A stretch of DNA of 64,000 bases from Spongospora subterranea f. sp. subterranea (taxonomy: Eukaryota), in assembly GCA_049724395.1 (NCBI GenBank), contig JAUGWO010000085.1, forward strand, positions 1 through 64,000. The letters are read 5' to 3'. Below are positions 63,019-64,000 of this stretch, piece by piece (position 1 is the first letter of the stretch; every line of letters begins with the position of its first letter). A model generated the notes under the pieces. It worked only from the letters and a program-made list of their open reading frames with translations. It had not been told where the DNA came from and made no database searches. The translations under genes were made by a program, and so were the position numbers.

Positions 63019-64000
63019 ATGAACGTCACATTAGTCGTCACACCATTCTTCGCCAGCCCCGGTGATGTAATCTCTGGCTCGGTGTCGCTCTCTTTGGCGT
63101 GCCCGGAGAACCAAATCGGTATCTCTCCGCTGCGAAGGTATTTGATTGCCAAAACCGGTGCTGTTCCCTCCATGCACATATCGCTGCGGTTAATCGGATC
63201 GGTTCGCCTCAAGCAATTTCTGGATATTGTATGTCATATCTGATTCTCCAACATCGTCTTATAGTTTGCTTTCTAAGGCTATCTTCGAGTCTGCTTCAAT
63301 CGAAGCAGTAACAGACTCGGTTGTCAACTGGGAACTTCTTCTTCCGAAAGAAAGCCTACCTCCCTCGTTCCATCGAGGAGTAATATTTCGCTGTATATAT
63401 TACCTTGAAGCAGAAATCTCTCATCCTCAAGGACCTGTTATTCGTCGATTCCGGGTCCCCATCTGTTTGCGTAATACCAGCTCAGCTTCCGCATTCACCA
63501 TTCCAGAGTGCCCTTACACCCCTGTTTGGATACGAACGGTACTGTATATGGTGCTCTTGAGAGTTGTCCATCTCGTTGTTCAACCTATGTTAGGTTTCGC
63601 CAACGGATGGCGATAATACCGTCAAGCGCCACGATGCAGTGTCGATTCCTGCCGGCCCATCTAGTTCAGACAGGATGATGGAGAAAAAACTGTCCCTACT
63701 GGAAAAAAAGCTACGTGCTGAGTTTGACGCTCTTGGATTGAAGCAGCCGGAAGATGATTGGCATTGGGTTCACTCACCATGCAACATTGATGATGAAGAT
63801 GTCAATGATGAGTGTGAAAGTCAGGACTATTTAGCTCCTCAAGCTGTTCGGTTCAACATAGACATTTGTGAAGATCATCTCGTCACTTTATTATTGTCTC
63901 AAGACAAATTCTGTCTTGGAGATGTCGTCCGTGGTTTGTTTCATTTCGAAGACGGCAAGAGGGCATGCATCAAAGTGGACATACGCTTGATATCAACCGA
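63019..64000 (+). CDS. RGP1-like (arrestin-fold) protein, truncated at window end
   Basis: F.SPGD.ISG, LPPSF.RG....YYL, FNI...F.LGDVVRG.F.F..G...C. Confidence 0.68.

Overview
Eukaryotic, intron-rich DNA (mostly ~45-65 bp GT-AG introns). IFT57, chitin synthase, a GH19 chitinase and oomycete-like transposons suggest a flagellated, chitin-walled microbial eukaryote such as a phytomyxid or chytrid (inference only). Bases 1-17.2 kb are a nested transposon block: copia, degenerate gypsy, and a MULE split by a TSD-flanked gypsy LTR element that holds two SINE-like copies, one carrying a Harbinger derivative, followed by a second chromodomain gypsy. The rest is gene-dense (NT-C2 coiled-coil, USP, ChrA, DUF2039, EF-hand, TBC, tandem PH, GH19, HPRT, IFT57, CHS, OGDH E1, REV7-like, dual Zn2Cys6, RRP42, RGP1-like) with scattered DNA transposons and two tandem arrays. 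Top candidate: one intronless ORF (39080-40450) apparently fusing an NAA80-like actin N-acetyltransferase to an ACTMAP-like actin maturation protease. Second: an IS630/Tc1 element with two intact ORFs, one an uncharacterised accessory gene. All family calls come from motif recognition by eye; no searches were run.
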